NCBI GenBank assembly: GCA_964016885.1
Contig: OZ024746.1
Location: 67,084,001 to 67,148,000 of the forward strand
Source: Eledone cirrhosa
Lineage: Eukaryota
DNA: 64,000 nucleotides
Direction: 5' to 3'
In this document: piece after piece, positions 44,775 through 58,615 of the stretch
Layout: every line of letters starts with the position of its first letter
Numbering within the stretch: the stretch's first letter is position 1
The notes under the pieces: model-generated
What the model saw: only the letters and a program-made list of their open reading frames with translations
Database searches by the model: none
What the model was told of the DNA's origin: nothing
Translations under genes and position numbers: made by a program

Positions 44775-47700
44775 TTCTTTATTATCCACAAGGGTTTACA
44801 TAAAGTAGACATTAAGGACAGTACAGGACAATACAGGACGGTACAAATGGGCATTTCTGCGTGTAAAAAACAGAGGATGTAATAAAAATAACAAAGAAAA
44901 ATTCCCCAATAGGGGGGAGACTTCCGAGGACATTTGTGGAGAAAGTCCATTAAAAGACCACAGTGACCCTGACCACCAGGGCAAGTGCCCTCTCCCAGTT
45001 TTCCACCTTTAATTTACAGACACATACTCAGAGAAGGCCCATTCATTCGGGCCATACTTGCTTCTCTCACCCATCTTTCAACAAAATGCTGGGAAGAGAG
45101 CACTTCCCTCTCTACCCTGATTTTCCTTTTCAAATGAAATTTGAAAAAGTTAATCAGGCATCACCGAAGAGGTAAGTGCTCGTCTTTAGCCCTTTCAAAC
45201 GTGTCCACCATACTATCAGATAAAAACTGCCTGCCCTTCCCGGCTAAAAGAAGAGGACGGGGCAATCCTCACGATGGACTCAGCTGATAGCTGGATCCGT
45301 CCTACACGTGACAGCAGGTGTTCGACATAAACCCACAAGTCAGCAATGCTCGGACACTGGACGAGTGCGTGCAGGACGGTTTCGTCGCCCTGTGCGCATC
45401 TCGAACATGTCCGGCTGACGGCACCTCCATGCCTGTAGAGTTTATCCGGAACTGGCAAAGCTCCGCGGTGGCACTGCCAGGCCAGGGATTTCTGTAAGTT
45501 GTCCATAGGCCCCGGCCCGAAAGTCCTTCCGAAGAGATTGGCTAGTTGATTTTCGTCGACGCCTAGAGTTTCTCCAAGTACGTCGTCGCTCTTCCCCTCC
45601 AACAATCCTCTATAGAACGCCAAGGTGGAGTTTCCACCAATCACATTGCCCGATTGGTTGAGGGCTGTGAGCGCCTGAAGACATTCCAGTCTCCAAGCGC
45701 TCCCTCTCGGTCTTCGCTTGACCCAGGACTGCAGTTCCATCAAGGAGGCGAGCTGGGTAAAGACGTTTCTAGCAAACCGCGACCACACCTGATCACCGTC
45801 GAGGAAGAGGTGGAGAAGTCGTAGCCTGAGCGCGTGTCTGCGCATCATCAGCCACGGCATGCCCAGCCCTCCACGTAGCGGGTGTTGACAACAGATGGAC
45901 CACCTGACCATCGGAGCACGTCCCTTCCACAAAAAGCGAAAGAGCAAACGCTCCAGCGCAGTCAGGCGAGGCTTAGGACAAGGTACGACGGTCAGGCGGT
46001 AGCAGATGACAGACGCGATGTACGCGTTAGCCACCTCCGCTCGACCTTTCAGGGATAGCTTCCTCTCCGCCCATTTCTGGGTGAGAGAAGCCACCCTGCT
46101 CGTCACCTCGTCCCAGTTTTTGTCCGTCTGGAGGTCCGGACCGAACCTGACCCCTAGCAATTTAACCGGTCCGTCCGTCCAGCGCCCGACGACGCTGTTG
46201 GACGGCATGGACCTGCCTCTCCAGGTGCCGAGCTGCAGGCCCACTGACTTTTCCTGGTTGATCATTGCTCCTGTCACCGCTTCGTATTCTCGTAGTGTAG
46301 TGCCGATCGCCTCAATGTGTTTGGCGTTCGACACCACTACGGTGACATCGTCTGCATATGCTGACACGGATCTTCCGCATCTTAGTTCGCGCGGGACGCC
46401 CCTCAACGTCTCCAGTTTGTGCAGTAATGGCTCGAGAGTCAGTACGTACAAGAGGGACGAGAAGGGACATCCTTGGCGGACCAAGCGCACGATGTTGAAC
46501 GGTTCCGAAAGGTGACCGTTCACTCTCACCACAGAGCAGATGTCGCTGTGCATGGCAGCGATCCCTTCTCTGAAGGCGGGCCCAAAGCCAGCCACCCTCA
46601 GGACTGCCGCTAGGTAACGATGGTCGGCTCTATCGAATGCTTTCGACTGATCTAAATTGATCAAGGACCCACCCGTGCTAGGTTCCCTAGCTACCCTCTC
46701 TACGATGTATCGCATGAGGTGGAGGTTGTCGTTGATGGATCTGTCGGCAATGGTGCATGTCTGCGCCTCTCCTACCAGAACACCAACGACAAGCGCCAAC
46801 CTCTTTGCTAGCACCTTGGCCAAAATCTTGAACTCTGTGTTTAGCAGAGTTATGGGCCTGAAATTATCTATATTATCCCCCTTGTTCGGATCCTTTCTCA
46901 GCAGCGCCACAGCTCCTCGGCTCACAGAGCTGGGAATTCTCCCGTTCTGTTGCCAGTTGCAGTAGACGTCCGCCAAGACGGCATCTGAACGTAAAGTTCA
47001 TAGGGCAGACCATCCAAACCAGGCGATTTACCCCTTGTGCAGCCAGTCATTGCCTCCCGTACTTCAGCGGCTGTTATCGGCTTTTCGCAACACTCCGCCT
47101 CAGTGGCCGAGAGCCGCGGCAGCCCATCGAGGTAGACATTAAAGTCCATCCCTCGATCCGGCCCGCCGCTGCCCCCGAACAGCTGTGCGAAATTTCGCTG
47201 AACACTTCACACATTTTCCCGGGATCGAGTAGCATACACTAGTCGTGGTCCACCAAAGCCCGGAACGTGGCTTTGTTGCCACGACGTGCCTCCTCCACTC
47301 GGGCCCATTGAACGGCTTTCGTCCCCTCGTGTCTGAGAGCACGCACCCTAGCTATGACAACGCAGCCTTCGTGCTTTGCATTGAAGAATTGGTCAAGGGC
47401 CAATTTCCCCGCAAGTACGTCGGTCGCGATGCCTTTGCTAAGCGCCTCGTCTAATTTTCTAACTAATTCTCCCTCTGCTATATATTTCTCTATTGCTAAA
47501 GCCTTACAAAACGTTGTTGACGATGGCCCCCGTCAACGCTCGCTTAACTAGTTCGCTAATCCGGCCTCTGTAGGCATTGCCCGCTGGTAAGGACGCGTTT
47601 AGCTTCCAGTAGCTGGGTCCTCGTCTATGAAGCCTATCTAAGTCAAGCACAAAGATCACGAATTTGTGGTCCGTGTAGCCGACTATCTTGAATTGTGGAC

Positions 47701-48920
47701 AGCCTATGCTAGACCTATTTCCCTACAAGATACTCTATCTAGATATGATGTGGATGATCCTATGCGATTTGTCCAAGTCCACATTGGCACATTCGGGAAA
47801 TCCAATCGGTAACTGTCAGACAGTTCAAAACGCCTGAGCACCCCCCTCCCCTATCCACTAATCCCACACAGTCCCAGCTTGCATCTAAGATCCCGTTCCA
47901 GTCGCCCACTAACACTAAAGAGCGGGACGTTCCAAGAAAGGTCTCCAGACGCCGGAAGAAATCAGGCCGCCCTGCTCCTGTCGGGGCATAGACGGCCACG
48001 TCTAGCACCACCAACTTACCTTCTTGGTCCTGGAAGATGGCCCGTATGGCGAGATCCAAACCTCTCCGAAAAAGCACAGCAACTCCTCCCCCCGATCCCG
48101 GACGGCTGGGAGATGTGACCTGATAGTGACCTGAGGTCGTTGAGCAGGTGGCCCTGCTTCCATGACGACCCCAAGCCACGCGTATTTATGTTGCCTATTG
48201 TGAGTGAGGTCATGTTGAAATGGAGTGGAAAAGATGGGAAAGACAACTTACCTTACTTCTCGTAGAGGAAGGATGGTTTCCCCATCCTTTTCACTGATTG
48301 TGGCCTCCTCCGGAAGGATGTCCTTATAAATCCTCCTACAGAATGTTTGTTGGAAGTTCCCGATGTCTTTGGGGAATTTTTGTTTTGTGTCGTGTACGTT
48401 TTCTGTGTGATGCGAGTGATTTGTATGTGAGGAGGAGGTGTGAATTTTTGGGTTGTCGTGTCGTCTTTTTCTGTGATGCTGGTGTTGTGTTGGATGTAGT
48501 ATAATAATTGGTTGTTGTTCAAATGAAATGCTGTGTAGTGTGTATCATTTTGGTTGTTTTGTTTTGTTTGCGTTTGTTGTGGGTTTGTTTCTGTTTCGCT
48601 TTTTGTTGACTTTTGTAGTGTTGGTGATGGTGGTGTTGGGGTTAATGATGGTGTTGGTGTTTGTGGTGATGGGGTTGGTGATGCTGGTGTGGATGGTGGC
48701 ATATCTGTCCTAACTTTTTTGTTTGATAGTTTATTTGTTTCCCTCTGTATTTTGTTTTTGGAGGGGGAAGGAAGATAATTTTTTCTTTTTTGGTTTCTTT
48801 TTTTCTTTTTTCCTGATACTGTTCCCCACTCCTCGTCGTCACAATCTGTCTCCAGTTGGGATGAGCCGGGGAGAGGAAAATCCTCCACAGGCGTTGGTTT
48901 TGGTTGTGGCGTGAAGACAT
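44775..48920 (-). mobile_element. L1/Tx1-clade LINE, near full ORF2 plus ORF1 3' remnant
   Basis: APE start MTSLTIGNINTRGL (ATG at 48213), SGGGVAVL, VGDWN; RT KSPGLDGLP, RPITLLNTEFKILAK, DQSKAFDR, RQGCP, AYADD; C-terminal CSRC..ETVLHALVQC. Upstream is a basic/Pro-Thr-rich ORF at 48253-48888. Confidence 0.9.
45216..46976 (-). pseudogene. LINE ORF2 reverse transcriptase domain (586-aa open stretch)
   Basis: The ORF track shows the RT motifs intact. Flanking parts of ORF2 are frameshifted. Confidence 0.9.
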
Positions 48921-48942
48921 TTCAACAAACTAAACACGGCAG

Positions 48943-49500
48943 GTGGTAAACCTTCAAAACAACGTTATATCTGCAAACCCTGATATCAATAGTAATAATA
49001 CTAATAGCACTAGTGAAATCAATAACGCTGGGAGCGACAACCCCCATAGCGATAATGCAATACCTAGCAACCGGACTTCTACACAACATAATAACCGGCA
49101 GGTTAACATCCAAAATAATTGTAACTGTAGATCTAATAGAACCTGCCCTTTAGTTAAAAACTGCTTAATCAAGGACATCATATACTCATGCACCGTCATA
49201 ACTAGCAACTCTTCTGAAACCTATAAAGGCTCTACTTCGAACTGCTTCAAAACCAGATACAATTCACACCTCCATTATTTCAAAAAACACAGTCTAGCCA
49301 ACTCCACTTCACTATCTAGCTACATACACTATCTAAAAACTAGAAATAGATCTTATACAAACCACCTAATAAATTCTGTAACCTCTGTCTACTAGAGACC
49401 CCTACTATAATCTTCTCAGACCATAACCTCCTTAATAAAAATCGGAGTGTTTGCGTCGTGCCAGCACCGCTTCCGGCACTCCTTCCAAAACGTTAAACCC
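48943..49500 (+). pseudogene. PLE GIY-YIG endonuclease fragment (Naiad-like)
   Basis: CNCRSNRTCPLVKNCLIKDIIYSCTV..YKGSTSNCFKTRYNSH..STSLSSYIHYLK, homologous to 21460-21941. Confidence 0.8.
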
Positions 49501-50929
49501 AATATATAACAATGTCAAACTTGAACCCAGCACCACTTCTAACACCACACCTCAAGGGCAGACCTTACACCACAACTCCACACTCTCTGATCCACCCTAT
49601 CTCGACACAAATCATTCCATCTATCTATAACTTTATACCCTAGAAATATCCCCATAAACACCTACTTTTAGTATAATTAATTTCAATTACTTATAATTAT
49701 ATCGTGATACAATACAGTCTATATAAGCGTTAAATACCAGATTCGACAATGAATCATATATGCAATTGTATTTATATGTACGGAGTGATAACTTTGGACA
49801 TATATAAGATTAATTTATTAACATAAAAGATCTGTCTAACTTATATGTTGAGTGCAATGAATTATGTATGAATAGTATGTGAGTTATATATGCAAGTATT
49901 ACTTGATGGATAGATTAATGACATTGTAAATGAGAGATGTATTTGTCTGCTCTAGAGATGTATTTGGCTTTGCCATGCAAACAGCCATACGCTGCTCCAG
50001 AACTTACCAGGGGTTATGTAGACATAATTCTAATAGGTCCGCTGACATGTTCTGAGAGTAAACTACATTTGCAGTGAACTTTGATATAAAGATATGGCTC
50101 TTTGTATGGAGTATTCAGTTGTAGCACTGTATGATAGGGAGTAATCATCCTAATGTAGATACCTTTAGTACATCATGATAGAGTAGACTGTATTTAAAAT
50201 TGGAAACTGGATATAAATATATAACCGTCTATATAAGGGACTCAATTGAGGCGCCTTATAATGTATGTTAGAACAATGAATTTAGTTATGGAAATCCGCT
50301 AGTTACCTCCCCTTACACATTAACTCCCCTTAATTACACACTTACTTCCGGATAATAAACTGCTGTAAATTCTCGCAGCAGAATCAACTTATTCTATAAA
50401 TTTGGATTAAATAACACTGAGCCGCAATAAGCTAAAATAATTTAATTTAATGCATCAAACATCCAATATGGAATCATCGTTACTTATGTGATGGATGTAA
50501 AAACTATCTATTACTTTTCCTGAATGTGAAAATGGTGGTGGATACGAAAATCATAACTTTCTTTTGCTTCTCCTTTTTATTTTTATTTTTCTGCACACAT
50601 ACGTTTTTATTATATACAAAAAATACCTTACCACTACAACCACCATAATACTCTTACTTACCCGTTTAAAGTGCTTGTATTACATGCAACACCCTGCCAC
50701 ACAATAATCATATATAAATGGGACACACTTGCATGCCCCACGTGTAACTAACGCATACACTAACTACTACATCTGACTAACAAACTATCCTCTTGCATTA
50801 TCTGTGTTAAATGCCGAATGTATTTTAATTTTGTTTTAATTTTGTTTTAATTTTAATTTTGATTTGATTTTGAATTTCAATTGCTATACAGAAATAATAT
50901 AGTATAATATATGTCACTCCACTGTACAT

Positions 50930-50965
<36 letters not shown>

Positions 50966-51104
50966 ATCTGTATGTCTCTTGCGTTGGAAAGGAGGTCAAT
51001 TATGTGTACAAACATTGAAAAATGCTCCGAAGACCTCAAGACTAGGTTTGGATGAAACAATTGTAAGTGAATAAATGCTTTGAACATAGCTTTGATTCTT
51101 GTGA

Positions 51105-51175
<71 letters not shown>

Positions 51176-51814
51176 TTATACACTTGCACTATTTATATAG
51201 ATATAAAGCTTCTCCGTGGGTGGTCAGCGCAACCTTTTGTTTGGGAGTAGAGCTGATCGTTGATATTCCTAGTGGGTGGTTTCTTGCATCTCCTCACTAA
51301 GCTGATCTAAGTGCATGAATGGTAAAAAAAAAATCTATTATCCAAATGTTTTATTTTGTTGTTTCTTTGCTATTGGCTTTTAAAATATTTGAAGAAAAAA
51401 AACATTCCATTCCATTTTAACTTGTTGCGAACAGCAAATGTAGTCATTGAATTTCAACATAAATGGCTGGCAGCAATTTTATATTTCTTTGCCTTATAAA
51501 TAATCAATTCTAATATGAAATGGGATTTTTGTTCCTATTGATATATCTTCTGGTACACTATTAAATAAGAAAGAACGGCATAATATGAATATACTGAATA
51601 TGACAGATATTATTGATCTGTGAATATCATCGCAATCATGTCCGTGGTTAAGATATTCGCCATGCAACTATGTGGATTTCATTTTGCTCTCATTGCGCAG
51701 CACCTTGGGAAGCGTCCTCTACAAAAGCTTCTGATTGATAAATACAAACGGAATAGAATTTTAGATACATTCAGTTTCAAATACTCACACACACACACAT
51801 ACACAGTGAGACAC

Positions 51815-51889
<75 letters not shown>

Positions 51890-51960
51890 TGTATATATCT
51901 ATATATATATATACTGTATATATTATATATATATATATATAATAATAATAAATTTATATG

Positions 51961-52093
51961 AAAAGTCCTCGAGGTCCTCGGTCCTCGGTCCTCGAGGGTT
52001 GAGCTCAGTTCCGACGGCCGTAGCTCACCCGTCGGGGTCTTGTATGGAGTACTCCGGTGGGTTATGGTCCACTTGGTATTTTACCACACCCTT

Positions 52094-52100
<7 letters not shown>
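51961..52100 (+). mobile_element. Family A relative (degenerate)
   Basis: CCGTCGGGGTC..GAGTACTCCGGTGGGTTATGGTCCAC..TTACCACAC, in (TA)n. Confidence 0.55.
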
Positions 52101-52124
<24 letters not shown>

Positions 52125-52131
<7 letters not shown>

Positions 52132-53030
52132 AGATCAAAAGATGGTTAAAGGAGTTCCATATATTTTATTATGCGCATTTCAAAAACAAACATCATCAAG
52201 CAATAATATTTGTGTTTTCATCAGATAAAACAGGAGAACATGATATGAAGGCTAAAAAACACTTGTTGATAGTGCAGTTTTAAATCAACATATGAAAAGT
52301 GGTTTTAGATTGATGTGTGATATTGGGAAAAATATTTTATTTAGAGAGGGGGGGGGGGAAAGGATGAAAAGGGAAGGAGATGAGAGGGAGAGATGGGTGA
52401 TAGAGAGAAAGAGATAGTTTTTATAACTGAGAGGAGATATATTTTTTACATAGAGGGGTTGAAAACCGTTGGAAGATACTGTATAAATTAAAAATTTTGA
52501 AAATTAACGAAGGGAGGATATGTGCGAGGAAAAAATATTTTATTTAGGGAGGGAGGGGATGGAAAGGATGAAAAAAAGGGGGGAGGAGATGAGAGTGAAG
52601 GTGGAGGGGGAGAGATGGGTGATAGAGAGAAAGAGATAGTTTTTATAACTGAGAAAAAGATATATTGTTTTAATATAGAGAGGTTGGGAACCGTTGGAAG
52701 ATAATGTATAAATTAAAGGAATTTGAAAATTAACGAAGGGAAATTATGTATGAAGATAGAGAGAAAAAAATAATAATTGTGGGTGAATATTCTAACGTCA
52801 AAAGAAGAAATGTATGTATTGTGGCAATTTCAATTTCCTGTTTTATCTGATGAAAACACAAATATTATTGCTTGATGATGTTTGTTTTTGAAATGCGCAT
52901 CATAAAATATATGGAACTCCTTTAACCATCTTTTGATCTTATATTATGCATACTCCAGTCCCACAAACTGTAGAGTGCTTCTTATCCGATATCTGCATTG
53001 CTTTATTGTACTACAATAAAACTCACCTCC

Positions 53031-53035
<5 letters not shown>
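52125..53035 (+). mobile_element. Family E long fold-back with HHR
   Basis: 52125-52235 is inverted at 52835-52946, with an internal ~200-bp direct duplication. HHR at 52841-52907 with a long stem II and GAAA-TGCGCA-TC. Confidence 0.8.
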
Positions 53036-53090
<55 letters not shown>

Positions 53091-53891
53091 AATATGTATA
53101 TATATACGTATTCAAATATATATATTTATACACACAAACACACATACACATATATACATATATATGTTTATATATATATAACGTGTGTGTGTGTGTGTGT
53201 ATGTGTGTATGTGTGTGTGTGTGTGTATGTGTGTGTGTGTGTCTGAGTATGCATATATTATTCTAACCATATTTCCATCTCTATATTTGACATATCACCA
53301 CCATTAATAAACCAGGACTCGTGTACCGAGGGTGCAGAAATCAATGAACTGAGACTTCAATAACATTATTCCATAGATTTGGTGTAATTTCATGCACTTC
53401 AAAAGCACATACAAAGTAAAAATATCGCCACACTAGTTAGGCACCCAAAACATAAAATACTTTAATACAACAAAAAAATATTGTCCAACATATTCGTATT
53501 TCAACTAAGGTGCAATCGTATTTTACTATGTATTCTAAAGAAGAGAGACTTATGACACTGTCAATTGAACATTGAATGCGTTCATAGCTTAATTAATATG
53601 ATCTTACATCAGCTTTCATGAACTACGTTAAGTACATACAGATTTAATTTCCAAAATATGCAACTGAAGGAAAAGAAAGACCCTCGAAAGAATAATAGAA
53701 AGTTTGAAGACGAGGAATCCCCGAAGAAAGCAATCACATACTCTTAACACGACTGGTGTTAAATTACTGTGTTAGGAAATACTTAAAAGGTGTTTCCAAT
53801 AGAGGATTAATTATTTAAATAGTAATCCCTATTGGACCTGGACCTGGTCTCATATATATATATATAGAAATATAGGTTTTTATACATATGT

Positions 53892-53966
<75 letters not shown>

Positions 53967-54033
53967 TATACACGCACATATGTATATATATTACAATTAG
54001 GAAGTAACTATATGTCTGTGTCAATTGCGCATA

Positions 54034-54124
<91 letters not shown>

Positions 54125-55080
54125 AGATAATGATAAATTTACCAAAATTACAAAAGAGAGGACAAGACAACGAACGAAAACAAGGCAAAACAAAAAACAT
54201 TTTTTAAAGGGGTAATCCTTAAAAAATCATTTTTCAAAAATATAAATACCAACGAAAAACACAGAACTCTAGGTTCATCGGACGATGAGATAGAATTTGG
54301 CACTTTGGACCCGTATCAACGGTACTACTTTTCCACCTTGGGTCACAGCGTCTGACACAAGCCACAACACTGTCCAGTGGAGTAATAGACATTAATTTAT
54401 AGCAATTTAACTATAACAAGTATATATAGAATTCTCCTAACTATATTTCTATATAGGTGCATAATTAGTTTGAGCTTGCATTTTCTCAATCCCAATTTCT
54501 CTTTAAGTAACTCCAGCTGTCTGCATTTTACATATATTATTAAATATATATGAGAAAACAAATTATATATATATATATATATATCATACTCTGCTCTGTA
54601 AGAGCATAGAGTGCTCAACCGGCATACCGCCTATGAAAGCATCTTAGCTTCCATCAGACACAAATATAGCCTTTGTCAGGGCATTCTTCTAGGAGAAGTC
54701 AACTCAAGAAACTGGGATAACTCCGATATAAAACCTGCGGCTCAGTAGTTACTGATGATGTTGATCTTTTCTTCTCTCGAGTTATAGCTACTGTCGCTCA
54801 GAGAGTGGGATTGGCTCAGTGCACAGTCTTTCCTCACTTTTAAAAAAATCTTCACTCACAGGCATTGCTCCATAGAATTAATTAATAATTATTAATAATG
54901 GTATATCGTGCAATGGCCATACTCGATAACGAAGGGGCAGCCATCTTCATATATATATATATATATATATATATAACAATTGTAAATGGACATTATTATT
55001 CATTACATTAAACTGCAACTATGCTTTAACTAACGCCTTACATGTGAATTTTGAGGTCTTGCTTTGCTTAACTAATGAAT

Positions 55081-55111
<31 letters not shown>

Positions 55112-55445
55112 CACATGCACATATATACACACAGGCATTTATAGTTTTAATAATATATCAAAAATACATACAGCTGGAGTCACTTAAAGAGAAATAGGGA
55201 GTGAGACAATTTAAGCTCAAACTATTTATGCACCTACATAGAAATATAGGTAAGAGAATTTTAACAGTAGAAGAAAAGTGGCATTTTTAAGACAGTGTAT
55301 ATAAAATAAGTGAAGATGACATAGATGTAGATAGAAGTTCTTAAATCATTTAATTTTTAAAATTCTATTCTAAGTGTTCGTGTTGGTGACACAACAAAAA
55401 AAACCCATCCAATGAGATGAGAACTTCTATCTACATCTTAATTTG

Positions 55446-55486
<41 letters not shown>

Positions 55487-55487
55487 T

Positions 55488-55693
55488 AGCAAAGAAATTG
55501 TGGTAAGGAACCAGATGGACCATAACGCACCAGAGTACACTATACTTAGTGTAGTAAAGTTAGAAATAGGAAAAAGCATGACCCCGACGGCAGAGCTCAA
55601 GCCGTTTCGAAGGCTATTTCTGGACAGAAATAGAGTCCAGAAATAGCTGTCGAAACGTCTTGAGCTCTGCCGTCGGGGGCACACTTTTTCCTA
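55488..55693 (-). mobile_element. Family A copy
   Basis: Near-identical to 497-693. Confidence 0.75.
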
Positions 55694-55828
55694 TACATAT
55701 ATATATATATTACAGAGTTGGGGCCGAAGTATCGAGTTTTCTGCTGAATAATGGTTTTTCTATTTTAGATATGGTATAATCCTGATCTATACCTCCCTCT
55801 CCCCCTTCTCTCTCTCTCTGTATATATA

Positions 55829-56007
<179 letters not shown>

Positions 56008-56047
56008 ATATATATATATACAGAGAGTATATATATATATGTGTGTA

Positions 56048-56135
<88 letters not shown>

Positions 56136-56177
56136 TGTGTGTGTGCGTGCGTGCGTGCGTGTGTGTGTGTGTGTGTG

Positions 56178-56213
<36 letters not shown>

Positions 56214-56819
56214 GTGTGCGCGCGCGCGTGTGTGTGTGTGTGTATAAGGAGGAGTGTAAGCGTATGTGTGTGTACGGGTGTGTGCTTTTGATAGATACAT
56301 ACAGAAGCAGGCAGCGCGATAAATTGATAAACGCCAGACAACCATAGACATATGAATATTTCTTAACTTCTTTCTTTTAAACCATATTTTATATTTGAAA
56401 GCGTAACAATATGTTATCGTGAAGTTGATCGTATAACTTTACTTATTGTTTTTACAGATTAGTTACATTCTGTACTTTTATTGTTAATAGAAGTCCAGCG
56501 GATATAGAAGATCTGTCTAAATGTAACGTGAATAGCGTTTTAGCATGGTGAATTCGGTAATAAATATTATATTCATGTTATCGATTCGTTCTTTATTGTG
56601 TTTTTAATGCTACTCGTTTTGTACTTTCCCCCGAGCTGAGCCAGACCGATACGATATGGATTAGCGCCTGGTTACTTTGATATGAAGTTCACTAAGTCAA
56701 AATGTTTAATTGAATTATATTTTTGAAGCTATACATTTTCTGATAAAGATGAGTTTGATATGATGCTATTGACGAAATAACTCTGCGGTAGAACAATAAC
56801 AATACACATAGATACATAA

Positions 56820-57430
56820 TGGTGGCTGCCAACTCGTTTTCGAGTACGGCCACTACTTTACATCGATTATTGAGAACCCCTACGGATGCGCTGAACGAGT
56901 GTGACTTTTTAGTCCAGCCAGCGACTTGAAAACTCTGGTACAAACACTACACTTGTGACAATTATTAACACATAGTGCTGGGCCCATGGTACAATGTGAC
57001 GACAAGTGCAGAGAGATCTCCAGATATAAAGCAATGCCTGTGCCGCGAAGCTTTTATAGTGAGCAAAGGCACTGCACAAAGCCAGCCCCACTCTCTTAAC
57101 CAAGATGATATTTACCAAAAGGAAGAAACAGTCAACATAATTGGATACCATCAGGGTTGCAGGTGTTATATCAGAGTTTTCCTTCTCCTAGAATTCTGCC
57201 TTGACAAAGGCTAGGTATGTCAGGTCACCAGTTGGTGCTACTGGTAACATGTATCGCAGTACAACCTTGCTCATGATCGGGTCGTTGGCGACTAAACTGG
57301 TAACCCCACCAAGGTTTATTGGTGAGGAGGGTGACTTTGGACATCCTGCAGGACTAAAAACAAAACCTGTCAGAGGGCAAAGGAGCTCTTAAGTGTCAAT
57401 GGCCATCCAAAATCACCGGGAGAGATGACA
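56820..57430 (-). mobile_element. Longer copy of the RTE-5'UTR-like interspersed repeat
   Basis: Aligns by eye with 4184-4580 over ~390 bp and extends ~210 bp further. Confidence 0.6.
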
Positions 57431-57765
57431 TACATAATACATCCATATATACATACATGCATATATACATACATACAAACATACATATATATATGCATGC
57501 CTGTATATATATATGTGTGTGACTATGTGTGTGTATGTGTAAAATGCCAACGAGGTAAAACAACACAATAGAACTATACAGTTAATGAAGTTATATCTTA
57601 TTACGACAGGAGTTTCACCGTTTCGAATGATAGCCCTCCGTAAGAAGATAGGCCGACAGTTAGAAGAAGAAATAAAAAGGTAGACGTGCATAAGTTAAGG
57701 AGAGAAAAAAGCTCTTTACCAGAGGAAGTCTTGTTTTAGACATTTTAATGGGAATCAGGAGCGAT

Positions 57766-57865
57766 AATCCCTATTTTACAAAAGTGAGATAAGAAAGATT
57801 GTTCCAATTATAGAGGTATCTCCTTGTAAAGCCTTCTCGGTAAAGTGTCTGGCAAATTGTCGAGT
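57766..57865 (+). pseudogene. Degenerate LINE RT fragment
   Basis: DKKDCSNYRGISL*SLLGKV motif. Confidence 0.6.
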
Positions 57866-58484
57866 CTAAGCTAGCAGATAGAGAGTGCGGTAACAACTTA
57901 AACTGGAGTACATACATAAACATCCAAGTTGATATGGCCCGAAGGATGTTTTCCTTGATTCTTAGAACTGTCCGATCTGGAGAAATTCATACAATTATCC
58001 TTCTCGTTTCTACATTTTCCCGAGGTCACCTTACACAATGTTATCTGCTGGTGCCACCGGGAAAGAAATTATTATGAACATTTAACAACTCGCATCGTCT
58101 AGAATATATCAAGCTTTACTCTGTCCAAAGCCTGCGCCAAATTGTTTGTATATGTGAATTATTCCAGCAATTTTACACACATTATGTTGGTATTGACTTT
58201 AAAACCCACCCAAGCCTTTTGCATTGGGCTATCTCCCTCACGTCACATAACAATATTATATGCGACTATTTCACCTCAACTGGTCCTGCTCGCTTTAATA
58301 TCATGCCATCATAATTTCAGGACAGAAAATACTTCTATAAAATTCAAAACGTGTTTGGACAAACTCCTTCAAGAAATTCTGGATAAACCCCTAAACTCTG
58401 TAACAATACTTCTTTACTTCAGACCTGACTGAGTTCTGAAGCATGGTTTGAAAGAATTCGCCAGGTCATGACATCAAGTTATCA

Positions 58485-58556
<72 letters not shown>

Positions 58557-58615
58557 TTATTTATAAAGAGATAGAGAGAGGGATGAGCGAGAAACATATA
58601 TACAGATATGTTTCA

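Noticed and set aside
57595-57650. Hammerhead-like GAAA-CGG..CTG-TC on the minus strand
   Set aside because: No recognisable CUGANGA half, so it is too degenerate to call.
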